Assembly (NCBI GenBank): GCA_031261345.1
Contig: JAISKC010000063.1
Span: forward strand, 7,490 to 71,489
DNA length: 64,000 bases
DNA from: Eubacteriales Family XIII. Incertae Sedis bacterium
GTDB taxonomy: Bacteria; Bacillota; Clostridia; Peptostreptococcales; Anaerovoracaceae
Direction of reading: 5' to 3'
Below, piece after piece: positions 8,461-17,207 of the stretch. Every line of letters begins with the position of its first letter. Positions within the stretch are counted from its first letter, which is position 1. The notes under the pieces are model-generated. The model did not search any database and was not told where the DNA came from. It was given only the letters and a program-made list of their open reading frames with translations. A program made the translations under genes and the position numbers.

Positions 8461-9723
8461 TTAATCAAATACTTCATCTCTAGGATCAACTATTAGCGGG
8501 TCTGATTCTGGCAGTGGTGGCTCTGGCTCCGGATATGATTCGACAGGTGGTGGGTCTTGAACTTGACTTTGTGCCTGCCGCCTATATAACTCCGTCAATC
8601 CAGCATCATTTATTTTACGTTCCAAGTCCGCTTGGAGATTTCGTAGGTATACATCTCTCTCATCATCTATCTCATTGACTTTGAGTGCGATATCTTCAAT
8701 GTCCGCTTTTGCATATTTAATGTTATTGAGGTGCTTGCCCTTCTTGTCCAAGATGACGCCGACGGCCTCAATAAGAATAGCCAATGTTCCGATAAAGGGG
8801 AACACCTTTTTATTTCGATCGCGTTCTTCTTCCACACCTTGTATTTCATCCTCGAATATTTTTTCAATTGCCGGAGTATATGTGCTATTTGCAATATTTA
8901 TCGTTATGCTTGCATTTATCTTGCTTAAATCACGATTGTAAATTTGTACTGCTCGGTCTGACGAAAACCAAAAGGCCGATACGATTATAATAATGAATAC
9001 GGCAACTCCTGCCACAATGCATTTGAGAAATGGGACGGTTTTCCTTTCCACAAACTCACCAACCAAGTGAAAATCATCCCATCCCACAAGAAAATAATTT
9101 GCACAACCTGCTACAGCCAACGAAACAATCAGGGAAATACCAGCGGCAAGAATCAACTGTATAGTTTGATTGTCTCCCCAGAGATTAAAGTCTTTAAAAA
9201 AAATAAATTCAAAAATGACAGTGGCAATAAACCCACCCCAATGCATCCAGGAAAGAAGCGTATTTGGGACTTTCTCAAATCTGTTTGTCTCTTTGATAAC
9301 AAGTCCGCTTGTAATCCCATGTAATTTATCCGCATCTTGGAGTCCATATATAGAATTTGATTCTCTTCCCTCAAGAAGCGCGTCTATTGCTTCTATATAG
9401 CCTTGAACGCAAACTCTTTGTGTTGCGATTTCACTTTCCAAGGTTTCATCATTGCAAAATTCCAACAGCTCATCAAAAATCGGTGGAATATAAGACAAGG
9501 TCTCTTTTTCATCTCGGAGACTATCATTGTAATTCGGACTCTCCAATAAAGTAATCCGAATCTCTTCTTGAGCCCAAAAGAGAGGATCTCTTTCCATTAG
9601 GTTTCTGTTGTTTTCCCTTGCAGCCGCAGCAGCGGCCCTGCGAAGAACATCCTGCCTTTTTTTTTCGTGCCAGTCTCTCCACCACTTCCCTGTAAAAAAA
9701 TCCACTATAATATTATCCGACAT
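8461..9723 (-). CDS. integral membrane protein (~4 TM) with coiled-coil and Pro/Glu-rich C-terminus
   Basis: RBS AGGAGAG. Hydrophobic segments WGGFIATVIFEFIFF, IQLILAAGISLIVSLAVAG, FLKCIVAGVAVFIIIIVSAFWF and VFPFIGTLAILIEAVGVIL. C-terminus reads PPPVESYPEPEPPLPE. Confidence 0.65.
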   Translation of the reverse strand: MSDNIIVDFFTGKWWRDWHEKKRQDVLRRAAAAAARENNRNLMERDPLFWAQEEIRITLLESPNYNDSLRDEKETLSYIPPIFDELLEFCNDETLESEIATQRVCVQGYIEAIDALLEGRESNSIYGLQDADKLHGITSGLVIKETNRFEKVPNTLLSWMHWGGFIATVIFEFIFFKDFNLWGDNQTIQLILAAGISLIVSLAVAGCANYFLVGWDDFHLVGEFVERKTVPFLKCIVAGVAVFIIIIVSAFWFSSDRAVQIYNRDLSKINASITINIANSTYTPAIEKIFEDEIQGVEEERDRNKKVFPFIGTLAILIEAVGVILDKKGKHLNNIKYAKADIEDIALKVNEIDDERDVYLRNLQADLERKINDAGLTELYRRQAQSQVQDPPPVESYPEPEPPLPESDPLIVDPRDEVFD

Positions 9724-9731
9724 AATCTCTC

Positions 9732-10643
9732 CTAATTAATAAATTCCGCAACCGCTACAGTAGTCTGCTCAGGATTATAGTCAATCAATCCGATGCTATA
9801 TTGCTGAAGAAATTCTTTTAGCAAAGCCAATCTTTTCTCCCCTTCACTAGCACTGTCTGGGGTGGCTAATATCAAAACAGCCTGTGCATTATCAAAAGCC
9901 CACGGTGTAATATTGTCGGGTTCGATATTATCAATCAAATCGCTTGCAATCAAAATTGACACATCTTTATTTCCTCGCAAAGCTGACAATCCAGCCTGAA
10001 TGGTATTGTAAATACCACTCCCGCCACCAACTATTTCTAGCTGTGTATTCCTTATCAGTTCGCTGGCTTCTTGTGCAGAAATTAATGCTTCCTCATAGGC
10101 TTTGTCCCAATTTTCCTTTTCAGCCTGCCAAGTTGCTGCTTCCATTGCATCATCACCTATTGGCATAGCCGCTAAAGCAGGAACACCCTTCCTGACAATA
10201 ACAACATCAGATTTATTGCCGGTTTGCTGTGGATTTGCCCCGATTGCCAGAATACGAAGCCTCAGTTCCGGAATCTCATTCACACCATCTGTAACTTGAG
10301 TCGGCTTTTCAGTAATATTAACGCTATCCGCCAAAGCCTCCTGGACACCTATATAAAAACTATAATCTGTTGAATTAGTCGTGTCGATGATTGCGAGTTT
10401 TTGTCTTACGGTTAACTCATTCGCTCCAACAGGAGTAGCCGATTCCCCAGATTCATTATTAAAGAGCGCATCTAAGTGAGTTTTTTCTAGGATTGTATCA
10501 AGCGTACTTGATGAGAACATCTTTAGGAGTACAACCACAATTGCAATTATTGCAATTATTGCAATTATCGGCTTGAAAAAGGGTCTATTTCCACGACCAT
10601 ATCGCCTTCCATTCCTTCCTCTGCTATTTCTGCCCCTACGCAT
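9732..10643 (-). CDS. N-terminally membrane-anchored protein, possible vWA-like domain
   Basis: Arg-rich N-terminus (MRRGRNSRGRNGRRYGRGNR) followed by the TM segment IIAIIAIIAIVVVLL. The vWA call rests on weak hints: the DxTxS motif AIIDTTNST and ILIASDL. Confidence 0.55.
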   Translation of the reverse strand: MRRGRNSRGRNGRRYGRGNRPFFKPIIAIIAIIAIVVVLLKMFSSSTLDTILEKTHLDALFNNESGESATPVGANELTVRQKLAIIDTTNSTDYSFYIGVQEALADSVNITEKPTQVTDGVNEIPELRLRILAIGANPQQTGNKSDVVIVRKGVPALAAMPIGDDAMEAATWQAEKENWDKAYEEALISAQEASELIRNTQLEIVGGGSGIYNTIQAGLSALRGNKDVSILIASDLIDNIEPDNITPWAFDNAQAVLILATPDSASEGEKRLALLKEFLQQYSIGLIDYNPEQTTVAVAEFIN

Positions 10644-10836
10644 AAAGATTATTCCTTTCCAATCATTAAATACAAATACCCTTTGCGGAAAGATATTGAA
10701 CTATTAGTTTCTATTTGCTAATTTTGCTATAACATTTGCATTATACACTATGCATTTCTACAATGGAATACCAAATCCACTTTATTGGCAACGCTTTTCT
10801 GCAAAATGAACTCACGAATATTCAACAAGCATTATC

Positions 10837-12858
10837 TTATGATACTCTTTTCAGTGGGAAAGAGCACGGCGATGTATCAACTGTATAGTCGCCATAGACT
10901 TGTACCCATCTGATATTATTGTTATCCTTTACAAGGATTTCAAAGTGATAATTGCTGTTTACTGCACCATATAGAGTCGTCATCATTGTGAGGATACTTG
11001 TGCCCTCAAAATTTATAGGGATAGAGTTGCCTTCTGCTTTACCAACTGTATATGTGCCTGTTTCGGCATATTCGCCCCAGTCCTCACCAAGATTCAGTGC
11101 GTATGTGAATTCTCCATTACTAAAGAATTCAAGTGTGTAATCTTGCCCTGAATCCCACTTTCCTATGAGGTTAAAGTCACCAGCATTTCTATCAGGCTCT
11201 GGTTCAGGTGTGGGCTTCTCTTCAGGGATATTCGTGTTATCCTCTTCATCATACTGTGGTGGTTCTATACGGCTACTGTTTAGATCCGTGGTGATTCCGG
11301 CTTCGGTAAATGCCTTCCTAATGTTTTCAACATCAATACTTGTCAATAGTCCATCAGACATCATGTATTCTGCCATTCGAACTGTTGCCGTTCCAAATTC
11401 ATTCATTGTGCAGTCTGAAGGAATCATATGCTCTGTGCCATACCATAACTTTGCAAACTCTGCGACTCTACCTTTTGGAGCCCCCTCAGTCCCCAAAAAT
11501 TCTACGCCAATATTATATGCAACATAGTCGATAATAAGAGAATTTGTATGCACTCCACCATTGTCTTCACTCGTCCATACGTAGTTGTCCATAGTCTTTT
11601 TGTTTGTGTAGTTGCGAATCACATTACGCCAATCGCAATGCCCGGTGACATTATGTTCAACAATCTCCCCAAAGATATCAGAGACGGCCTCATTGATTGC
11701 TCCCGACTGATCTCTGTATATCAATCCTTCGGGAGAAACGACCGTATCAGAAACTCCATGCGTAAATTCATGGGCGACAACATCCAGATTTCTTGAATAT
11801 TCCTTGCTACCTTTCTTTGACACAACAAAACTCATCCATCCCTCACCAGTATCTGAGTCGTATGAGAAGTACGCATTATCAGCTCCAAGAATATTTACAT
11901 ATATAGGCAACTTACTATTTCTATTGTCAAACTGTGTTCTATTCAAAGTATTGCTGAAAAAATCATATGTGCGAGCCATGTTGCCCATTGCATCAATTGC
12001 AGACTTGTTGTTATCCGCAGATGTAACAGGCTTGGCTGATTTAATATTTTCATATTTCTTATATTTGTTCGTATAAGTCTGGAGGTTGCGACCTTTATCG
12101 ATCATTAGTCTCTGCCCATTCTCATCTTCATAGGGAATGTCATATTCTGAGTCATCTTGTCCTCTTGCCTTCTCAAATGCACTACAGACTTCACTCAACG
12201 CATCAATAACTTTACCGGATTTCGCATCTACGAATATTGACATTGACACATATGTGTCCGAATAACCATTAGCCTTAATTTCATATGCAAGAATAGGATC
12301 CGCGCCTATAGAATATATGACTAAACCCTTTGCTGTTGAAGAAATGAAATCTTCGTTACAATCCTGCTTTTTCACAAGATATTGTTCCGCTGCATCCATT
12401 GCCTCTTGTTCTGTGACTTTAGGATTTGTTTCAATATTTGATATCGCTAGATAATTACCGCTTGCTCCTTGTGAAACACCATTGTCACCAGCAACAACTA
12501 CCATACTGCGCCCATATACTTCTATTCCATTATAAATTTGCTGAGTGTGATAATAAGTTCTTGAATCAATAGTATTATCGCCAGCCGGAATAAACACTTC
12601 GGTAGCATTCACGAATCCATAATCTTCGGAAAATACATTGAGCGAATCAATTGCACTTGCTGCATCAGTAATAAGAATATCAGTATATGTGCCATCATAC
12701 GTAACATATATTGACTCTTCTTTTTCAACATCACCTTTTGCTGAGTGTCCTTGAAAAAAAGGAATTGCAACAAACCATCCGATTGCAGCTATCGCAAGCA
12801 CAACGATAAAGGCAATAATGATACCGACTCTAACTTTTCCCGATGTAGATTTGAGCAT
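10837..12858 (-). CDS. M4 (thermolysin-family) zinc metalloprotease, N-terminal membrane anchor, extra C-terminal domain
   Basis: HEXXH motif in VVAHEFTHGV and the third zinc ligand in GAINEAVSDIFGE. TM segment VGIIIAFIVVLAIAAIGWFVAI. I use ATG 12858 (GGAGGG 7 nt upstream) rather than the track's 12921. Confidence 0.85.
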   Translation of the reverse strand: MLKSTSGKVRVGIIIAFIVVLAIAAIGWFVAIPFFQGHSAKGDVEKEESIYVTYDGTYTDILITDAASAIDSLNVFSEDYGFVNATEVFIPAGDNTIDSRTYYHTQQIYNGIEVYGRSMVVVAGDNGVSQGASGNYLAISNIETNPKVTEQEAMDAAEQYLVKKQDCNEDFISSTAKGLVIYSIGADPILAYEIKANGYSDTYVSMSIFVDAKSGKVIDALSEVCSAFEKARGQDDSEYDIPYEDENGQRLMIDKGRNLQTYTNKYKKYENIKSAKPVTSADNNKSAIDAMGNMARTYDFFSNTLNRTQFDNRNSKLPIYVNILGADNAYFSYDSDTGEGWMSFVVSKKGSKEYSRNLDVVAHEFTHGVSDTVVSPEGLIYRDQSGAINEAVSDIFGEIVEHNVTGHCDWRNVIRNYTNKKTMDNYVWTSEDNGGVHTNSLIIDYVAYNIGVEFLGTEGAPKGRVAEFAKLWYGTEHMIPSDCTMNEFGTATVRMAEYMMSDGLLTSIDVENIRKAFTEAGITTDLNSSRIEPPQYDEEDNTNIPEEKPTPEPEPDRNAGDFNLIGKWDSGQDYTLEFFSNGEFTYALNLGEDWGEYAETGTYTVGKAEGNSIPINFEGTSILTMMTTLYGAVNSNYHFEILVKDNNNIRWVQVYGDYTVDTSPCSFPLKRVS

Positions 12859-13023
12859 ATATTCGTTCCCTCCATATTGGTATATAATTAACTTACACCA
12901 ATTATATATGATGGAATTCACGAATGGAAAATAAGCTCCACCTTACCCGCCGACCTATTACATGATAAAATGGTCAATAGTAAGAACTAGGGAAACCAAT
13001 AAGTTGCAAAATCCACAATATGA

Positions 13024-13860
13024 TTAAATGTGATTCAATACGCTACACATATCATCATATCCCATCTTCGCACAGACCTCTAATTTGCTTTGATTTGCAG
13101 TAGTTCTTTTGACCATTTTTGACATATCACTTGGATGACATACCAATACCTTACTTTTATCGGCTTTGTTTTGTAAATAGTCCATCATAATATTTGATTC
13201 TCCATTTCTTTCAATAATTTCCTCAACTAATGCATCATTATATTTTGACAAAAATAACTTATATGCCTTTCGCATTAAGAACCCCATTTCCTTAGGTCTG
13301 GCACAAATATCTTTTGTCAGAATAACAATTGTCAAATCATATTCTTCGATTAATTCATCTTGAAAAGGAATTGGAGTGGCAACACCACCATCCACATAGC
13401 CTTCTCCCTCTATGTCAACAATTTTGCCATACAGAAGAGGGAGAGCCGAGGTTGCCCGTATAAGCTCATAAATATCAGCTTTTCCATCATTACGATATTG
13501 AAAAGGAGCTCCTGTTTCTGCATCAGTTAGCATAATATCAAATACAATTTTTGATTTTTCCAACAAATCTATTTCTAGCGGATTCTTAGCTTTTAATGTG
13601 TCAACCATAAAATCAATATCTACAATTTTTTTTAATCTGAGAAAATTTACAAAATCCTTATTACTCAAATATCTAACATAAAAATCCACTGCCTGCTTCG
13701 TCCTCTTTGAAATGTAATAAGAAGCATTAATTGCTCCAGCCGATGAACCCACTATATATTTTATGTCATCAGCATATTTTGATTCCGCTAAAGCATCTAA
13801 TGCTGCCATTGAATAAACACCACGCATTCCGCCTCCTTGAACAACAACCGCTATTTTCAC
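13024..13860 (-). CDS. patatin-like phospholipase (copy 1)
   Basis: QGGGMRG oxyanion motif, GSSAG nucleophile elbow and VDGGV catalytic Asp. GTG start with GAGAGGTG upstream, 1 nt after the stop of copy 2. Confidence 0.85.
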   Translation of the reverse strand: MKIAVVVQGGGMRGVYSMAALDALAESKYADDIKYIVGSSAGAINASYYISKRTKQAVDFYVRYLSNKDFVNFLRLKKIVDIDFMVDTLKAKNPLEIDLLEKSKIVFDIMLTDAETGAPFQYRNDGKADIYELIRATSALPLLYGKIVDIEGEGYVDGGVATPIPFQDELIEEYDLTIVILTKDICARPKEMGFLMRKAYKLFLSKYNDALVEEIIERNGESNIMMDYLQNKADKSKVLVCHPSDMSKMVKRTTANQSKLEVCAKMGYDDMCSVLNHI

Positions 13861-13861
13861 C

Positions 13862-14737
13862 TTAGCACCTCTCTTTGCTTTGAATATACAATAAATATTT
13901 TTTTATTTCTTTTATAACATTTTGCATATCAATATGCCCCAATGCTGAACATTTCTCTAGTTTCTCTTTATTTGAAGTAACTATCGAAGCCCTATCCTTT
14001 AAATTGGATGGAAAACACACGAAAACATTACTATTACTAATTTTGTATTGTAAAAAATCCATCGTAGCATTGTATTCAACGTTCTCACCAACAAGTTTTT
14101 CTACAACATTATCCGAATACTTCGATAAAAACACTTTGAAAACATTTTTTAAAAACCTACCCATCTTTTTTTTTCGATCATTTATATCACAAGTCAAAAT
14201 CACAATAACTAGATCTGAATGTTCTATCAATTCATTATTTAATGGTAAAGGCGATGCAATTCCACCATCACAGTATAATTCACCTTCTATAGAAACAAAC
14301 CTATTGTAAAAAAATGGAAGAGCAGCTGTAGCTCTTATTAACTCATAAATGTCAACACTGCCATCATATGTAAAAAGTTCCGGGTTAGCGGTTTTCTCTT
14401 CAGTTAATGCCACATCTAATTTGATGTTTGAAGTTCTCAACAACTCTATGTTTAAAGGATTTTCCAACTTCAGGGTGTCAACCATGAAATCAATGTCTAC
14501 TATCTTATTAAATCTATGTAAATTAATAAAATTCTTATTACTGAGATAATTAATATAGAAATCCACAGCCTCCTTTGTCCTTTTAGAAACAAAATATGAC
14601 GCATTAATAGCTCCAGCAGAACTTCCGACAATATACTCAACATCTTTCGCCAATTCCGAGTTTGCCAATGCATCTAAAGCTGCCATAGAATACACACCAG
14701 CCATACCTCCACCCTGAACAACAACAGAAATTTTCAA
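13862..14737 (-). CDS. patatin-like phospholipase (copy 2, Arg of the oxyanion motif replaced)
   Basis: QGGGMAG, GSSAG and CDGGI. It is clearly paralogous to copy 1 over its full length. The TTG start overlaps the NTPase stop (TTGA). Confidence 0.85.
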   Translation of the reverse strand: MKISVVVQGGGMAGVYSMAALDALANSELAKDVEYIVGSSAGAINASYFVSKRTKEAVDFYINYLSNKNFINLHRFNKIVDIDFMVDTLKLENPLNIELLRTSNIKLDVALTEEKTANPELFTYDGSVDIYELIRATAALPFFYNRFVSIEGELYCDGGIASPLPLNNELIEHSDLVIVILTCDINDRKKKMGRFLKNVFKVFLSKYSDNVVEKLVGENVEYNATMDFLQYKISNSNVFVCFPSNLKDRASIVTSNKEKLEKCSALGHIDMQNVIKEIKKYLLYIQSKERC

Positions 14738-16719
14738 TTTACTTTCTCCTTTTTATTTCGCTGCAGATTGTAATTGCTCAGATTAGAGAGAACAATCTCT
14801 GATTTATGAATATAGGAATTCATCCCTGAAATATGCATGTGCCTTACAGCAATGGCGAAAAAAATGAGAACAACATAACATATAAGATTTATTATATCTA
14901 AATCTAAATGAAAATAGGATAACGGTAAAAAATATGGTGGTAATATCTCATAACAATATGCAATTCCGAGAGCTAAAACAAAAGGCAGTAAGCATACTGT
15001 TAAGGCACCAATGTCATGAATTTTTGGACATTTATGTTTTTTAAAAGGACGTTCTTGAAAAAAACACAATCTAATACCTAAGGACAAACCGCCAATAGCA
15101 ATGGATATAATAAAAAATCTTTCCGAGACAAAAATTGCTGTTAAAAAAACGCAAATCGACATTATAGCTACTGTAAATAAGGAGCCTAAATTGTTATTTA
15201 AAGAATTTGTTTGATGAAGCAAAATCTCTTTGAAAAAACTATAAATATATAGTGTGAATAGTATATGAGTCATAGCCGCGCCTATATATTCACTGTGAAG
15301 ACCTAGGGATAGATTAAAGCTAAAATGATTACATTCAAATACGAATAATCTAAGGATAATCAATCCCAAAGTAACTACTTTGATAACGGTCGCAACGTTC
15401 AAAAGGTTTTTCAAAAGGTTTTCTGTTTTACTAGTATTTTGCTCGTCCAGAACTTTACTTTTCGCAATGCTTTGCATAGAATAAAATACTGATGAATCAG
15501 TATACCTTTTTGAAAATTCAGCCATTTTCAAAGAAACAAAATCATGAAACAACCTGTAATGGTATGTCCTGTCATTGATATTCATTTTCCTTTTAATAAT
15601 ACTAATTTCGGGGCTCAGCAAATAATCTAGCGTAGCTTTCAAATCGTCCGTCACCACAGTACTAGAAAAATCCAACTTGCACGAAGCATTAATCTGGCGA
15701 GGTGATAATTCACTTGCTATACTCTCACCTGAACTGAGTGCGCAAAGTACCTTTCTAGTTAAATTTCTATTCGGTGAAGCCTCAATAATTCTTTCAAAAT
15801 AGCGAACGAATGCGTCATTAGTATCTGTAAATACTATTTTTACACCCTGATTTTTTTCGAATTGAAATTGTGCGAAAGATACATTAGTTTCGATAAACAA
15901 TAAATTATCATCTTTTCCTATTATATCTATAAATACCCCTTTTTCGTCTTCATCGTCTTCCGAATTTTCTTCAGTTAAAAATGTAGATGTCCGAAAGTAA
16001 CTATCGATTAGAGTTTTATCAATCTCTGATCCCTCATTAATTAACGGCACAATTACTAAATTGTTATGCGTAAACACTAGATTAGTAATTCGTTTATCAA
16101 TCCATTGAATAATATCAAAAATTTTATCATCCCTAATGCAAAAAATTTTGAAAATTTTATCATTCTTATTATTAATAAATTTATTCAATTCATTATGGGC
16201 ACCATCTGCCTCGAGAAAATACCTTTCAAATTGGTCGAAAATAACGACTTGTTTCCCTGCAAACTTATTTTGTTCGATATCATTATAATAAACCGACTCT
16301 GTCATAAATGTTAACGGTCCACCATTTTCCCCTTTTATTTTATTATTATTGAAAATTTCTTTAACTAGGCTAGATTTACCAGAACCACTTTTCCCTGTAA
16401 CAATCGCAAAAGGCATTCCACTATTATATTTTTCTTGCAATTCATTTATAATATCGTTAAAGCATCTCCTTTCAATAAAATTTGCATTGAATGGATTAAA
16501 GGATTCGGAATTCTTTTCATTAAAATTTTTTGCACCGCCCTTTTTCCAAATAATTACAAGACCTATTCCTAATATTAGAAAAATTATGGGGTAAATAATC
16601 CATCTGATTCTAGTAGGTAATTCCTGACAAATTGAAGCCACTGGAAAAGTAAAAATCAAAATTAAAACAGTTTCTTGCTTCTGCATATTATCAATAATAG
16701 AACTCACTATTCTTTTCAT
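14734..16719 (-). CDS. transmembrane P-loop NTPase (STAND-like Walker B)
   Basis: Walker A TGKSGSGKSSLVKE and Walker B VVIFDQFERYF. There are two N-terminal TM segments and about 6 C-terminal TM segments. I prefer ATG 16719 (AAGGGAAA upstream) over the track's 16788. Confidence 0.75.
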   Translation of the reverse strand: MKRIVSSIIDNMQKQETVLILIFTFPVASICQELPTRIRWIIYPIIFLILGIGLVIIWKKGGAKNFNEKNSESFNPFNANFIERRCFNDIINELQEKYNSGMPFAIVTGKSGSGKSSLVKEIFNNNKIKGENGGPLTFMTESVYYNDIEQNKFAGKQVVIFDQFERYFLEADGAHNELNKFINNKNDKIFKIFCIRDDKIFDIIQWIDKRITNLVFTHNNLVIVPLINEGSEIDKTLIDSYFRTSTFLTEENSEDDEDEKGVFIDIIGKDDNLLFIETNVSFAQFQFEKNQGVKIVFTDTNDAFVRYFERIIEASPNRNLTRKVLCALSSGESIASELSPRQINASCKLDFSSTVVTDDLKATLDYLLSPEISIIKRKMNINDRTYHYRLFHDFVSLKMAEFSKRYTDSSVFYSMQSIAKSKVLDEQNTSKTENLLKNLLNVATVIKVVTLGLIILRLFVFECNHFSFNLSLGLHSEYIGAAMTHILFTLYIYSFFKEILLHQTNSLNNNLGSLFTVAIMSICVFLTAIFVSERFFIISIAIGGLSLGIRLCFFQERPFKKHKCPKIHDIGALTVCLLPFVLALGIAYCYEILPPYFLPLSYFHLDLDIINLICYVVLIFFAIAVRHMHISGMNSYIHKSEIVLSNLSNYNLQRNKKEKVN

Positions 16720-17147
16720 AGTATTTCCCTTATTATGGAATAGCATTATATATTTTTTTCCTTTGCTATTCTCTTTTAGCTTTAACATATAGTATATAAT
16801 AGATACATTGGATTAGCATTTTCCACTATCTCTTTGATGATTTCAGTAAAGCTCTAGCCACCAATCTTCCCAAGTCATTTGAAAAAAATCCGGCTAAGAA
16901 ACCTTTTCTTCATACACTGATACACACCTCCCTTGTTACGCGATGGATTATATGCTATCACACGCCCTTGTAATACAATAATGTTTACAGAAACAACACG
17001 CATTGCATTATGCTGTTTCAATGCTTAAATTGAAATTCTGATATTCAACATACATTCAAACCGATTCTGCTTATTATATCAAAATGTTCATATAAATAAA
17101 ATACGAAAAAATCCGTTCTTCAACCAGTGCTAATCTTGATTATACAA

Positions 17148-17173
17148 TGACTTCCATAAAGCCACGGAAATAC
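17148..17173 (+). repeat. partial copy of the GACTTATAGCCACGGAAA motif, at the composition step
   Basis: atgacttccataaagccacggaaata here versus atgacttatagccacggaaata at 19641-19662. Confidence 0.4.
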
Positions 17174-17207
17174 TACTCCAGAAAAAGCAATTATGTATTA
17201 AGATTTT

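Noticed and set aside
9657-9665. A9/T9 homopolymers inside AT-rich genes (9657-9665 in the 4-TM gene, 14166-14174 in patatin 2) as phase-variation tracts.
   Set aside because: They encode Lys runs, are in frame, and are expected by composition in DNA of about 33% G+C. Unlike the G10 tracts, they are not shared at homologous positions of paralogs.
10541-10567. A perfect 3 x 9-bp tandem repeat (ttgcaatta) in the 303-aa gene.
   Set aside because: It is in frame and encodes IIAIIAIIA within the TM anchor. It is probably a small slippage duplication of hydrophobic codons with no evident regulatory role.
13024-16788. Calling the patatin cassette a CBASS system.
   Set aside because: No CD-NTase/cyclase, Cap2/Cap3 or other nucleotide-signal gene is present within the operon or nearby. 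Only the effector type is shared with CBASS.
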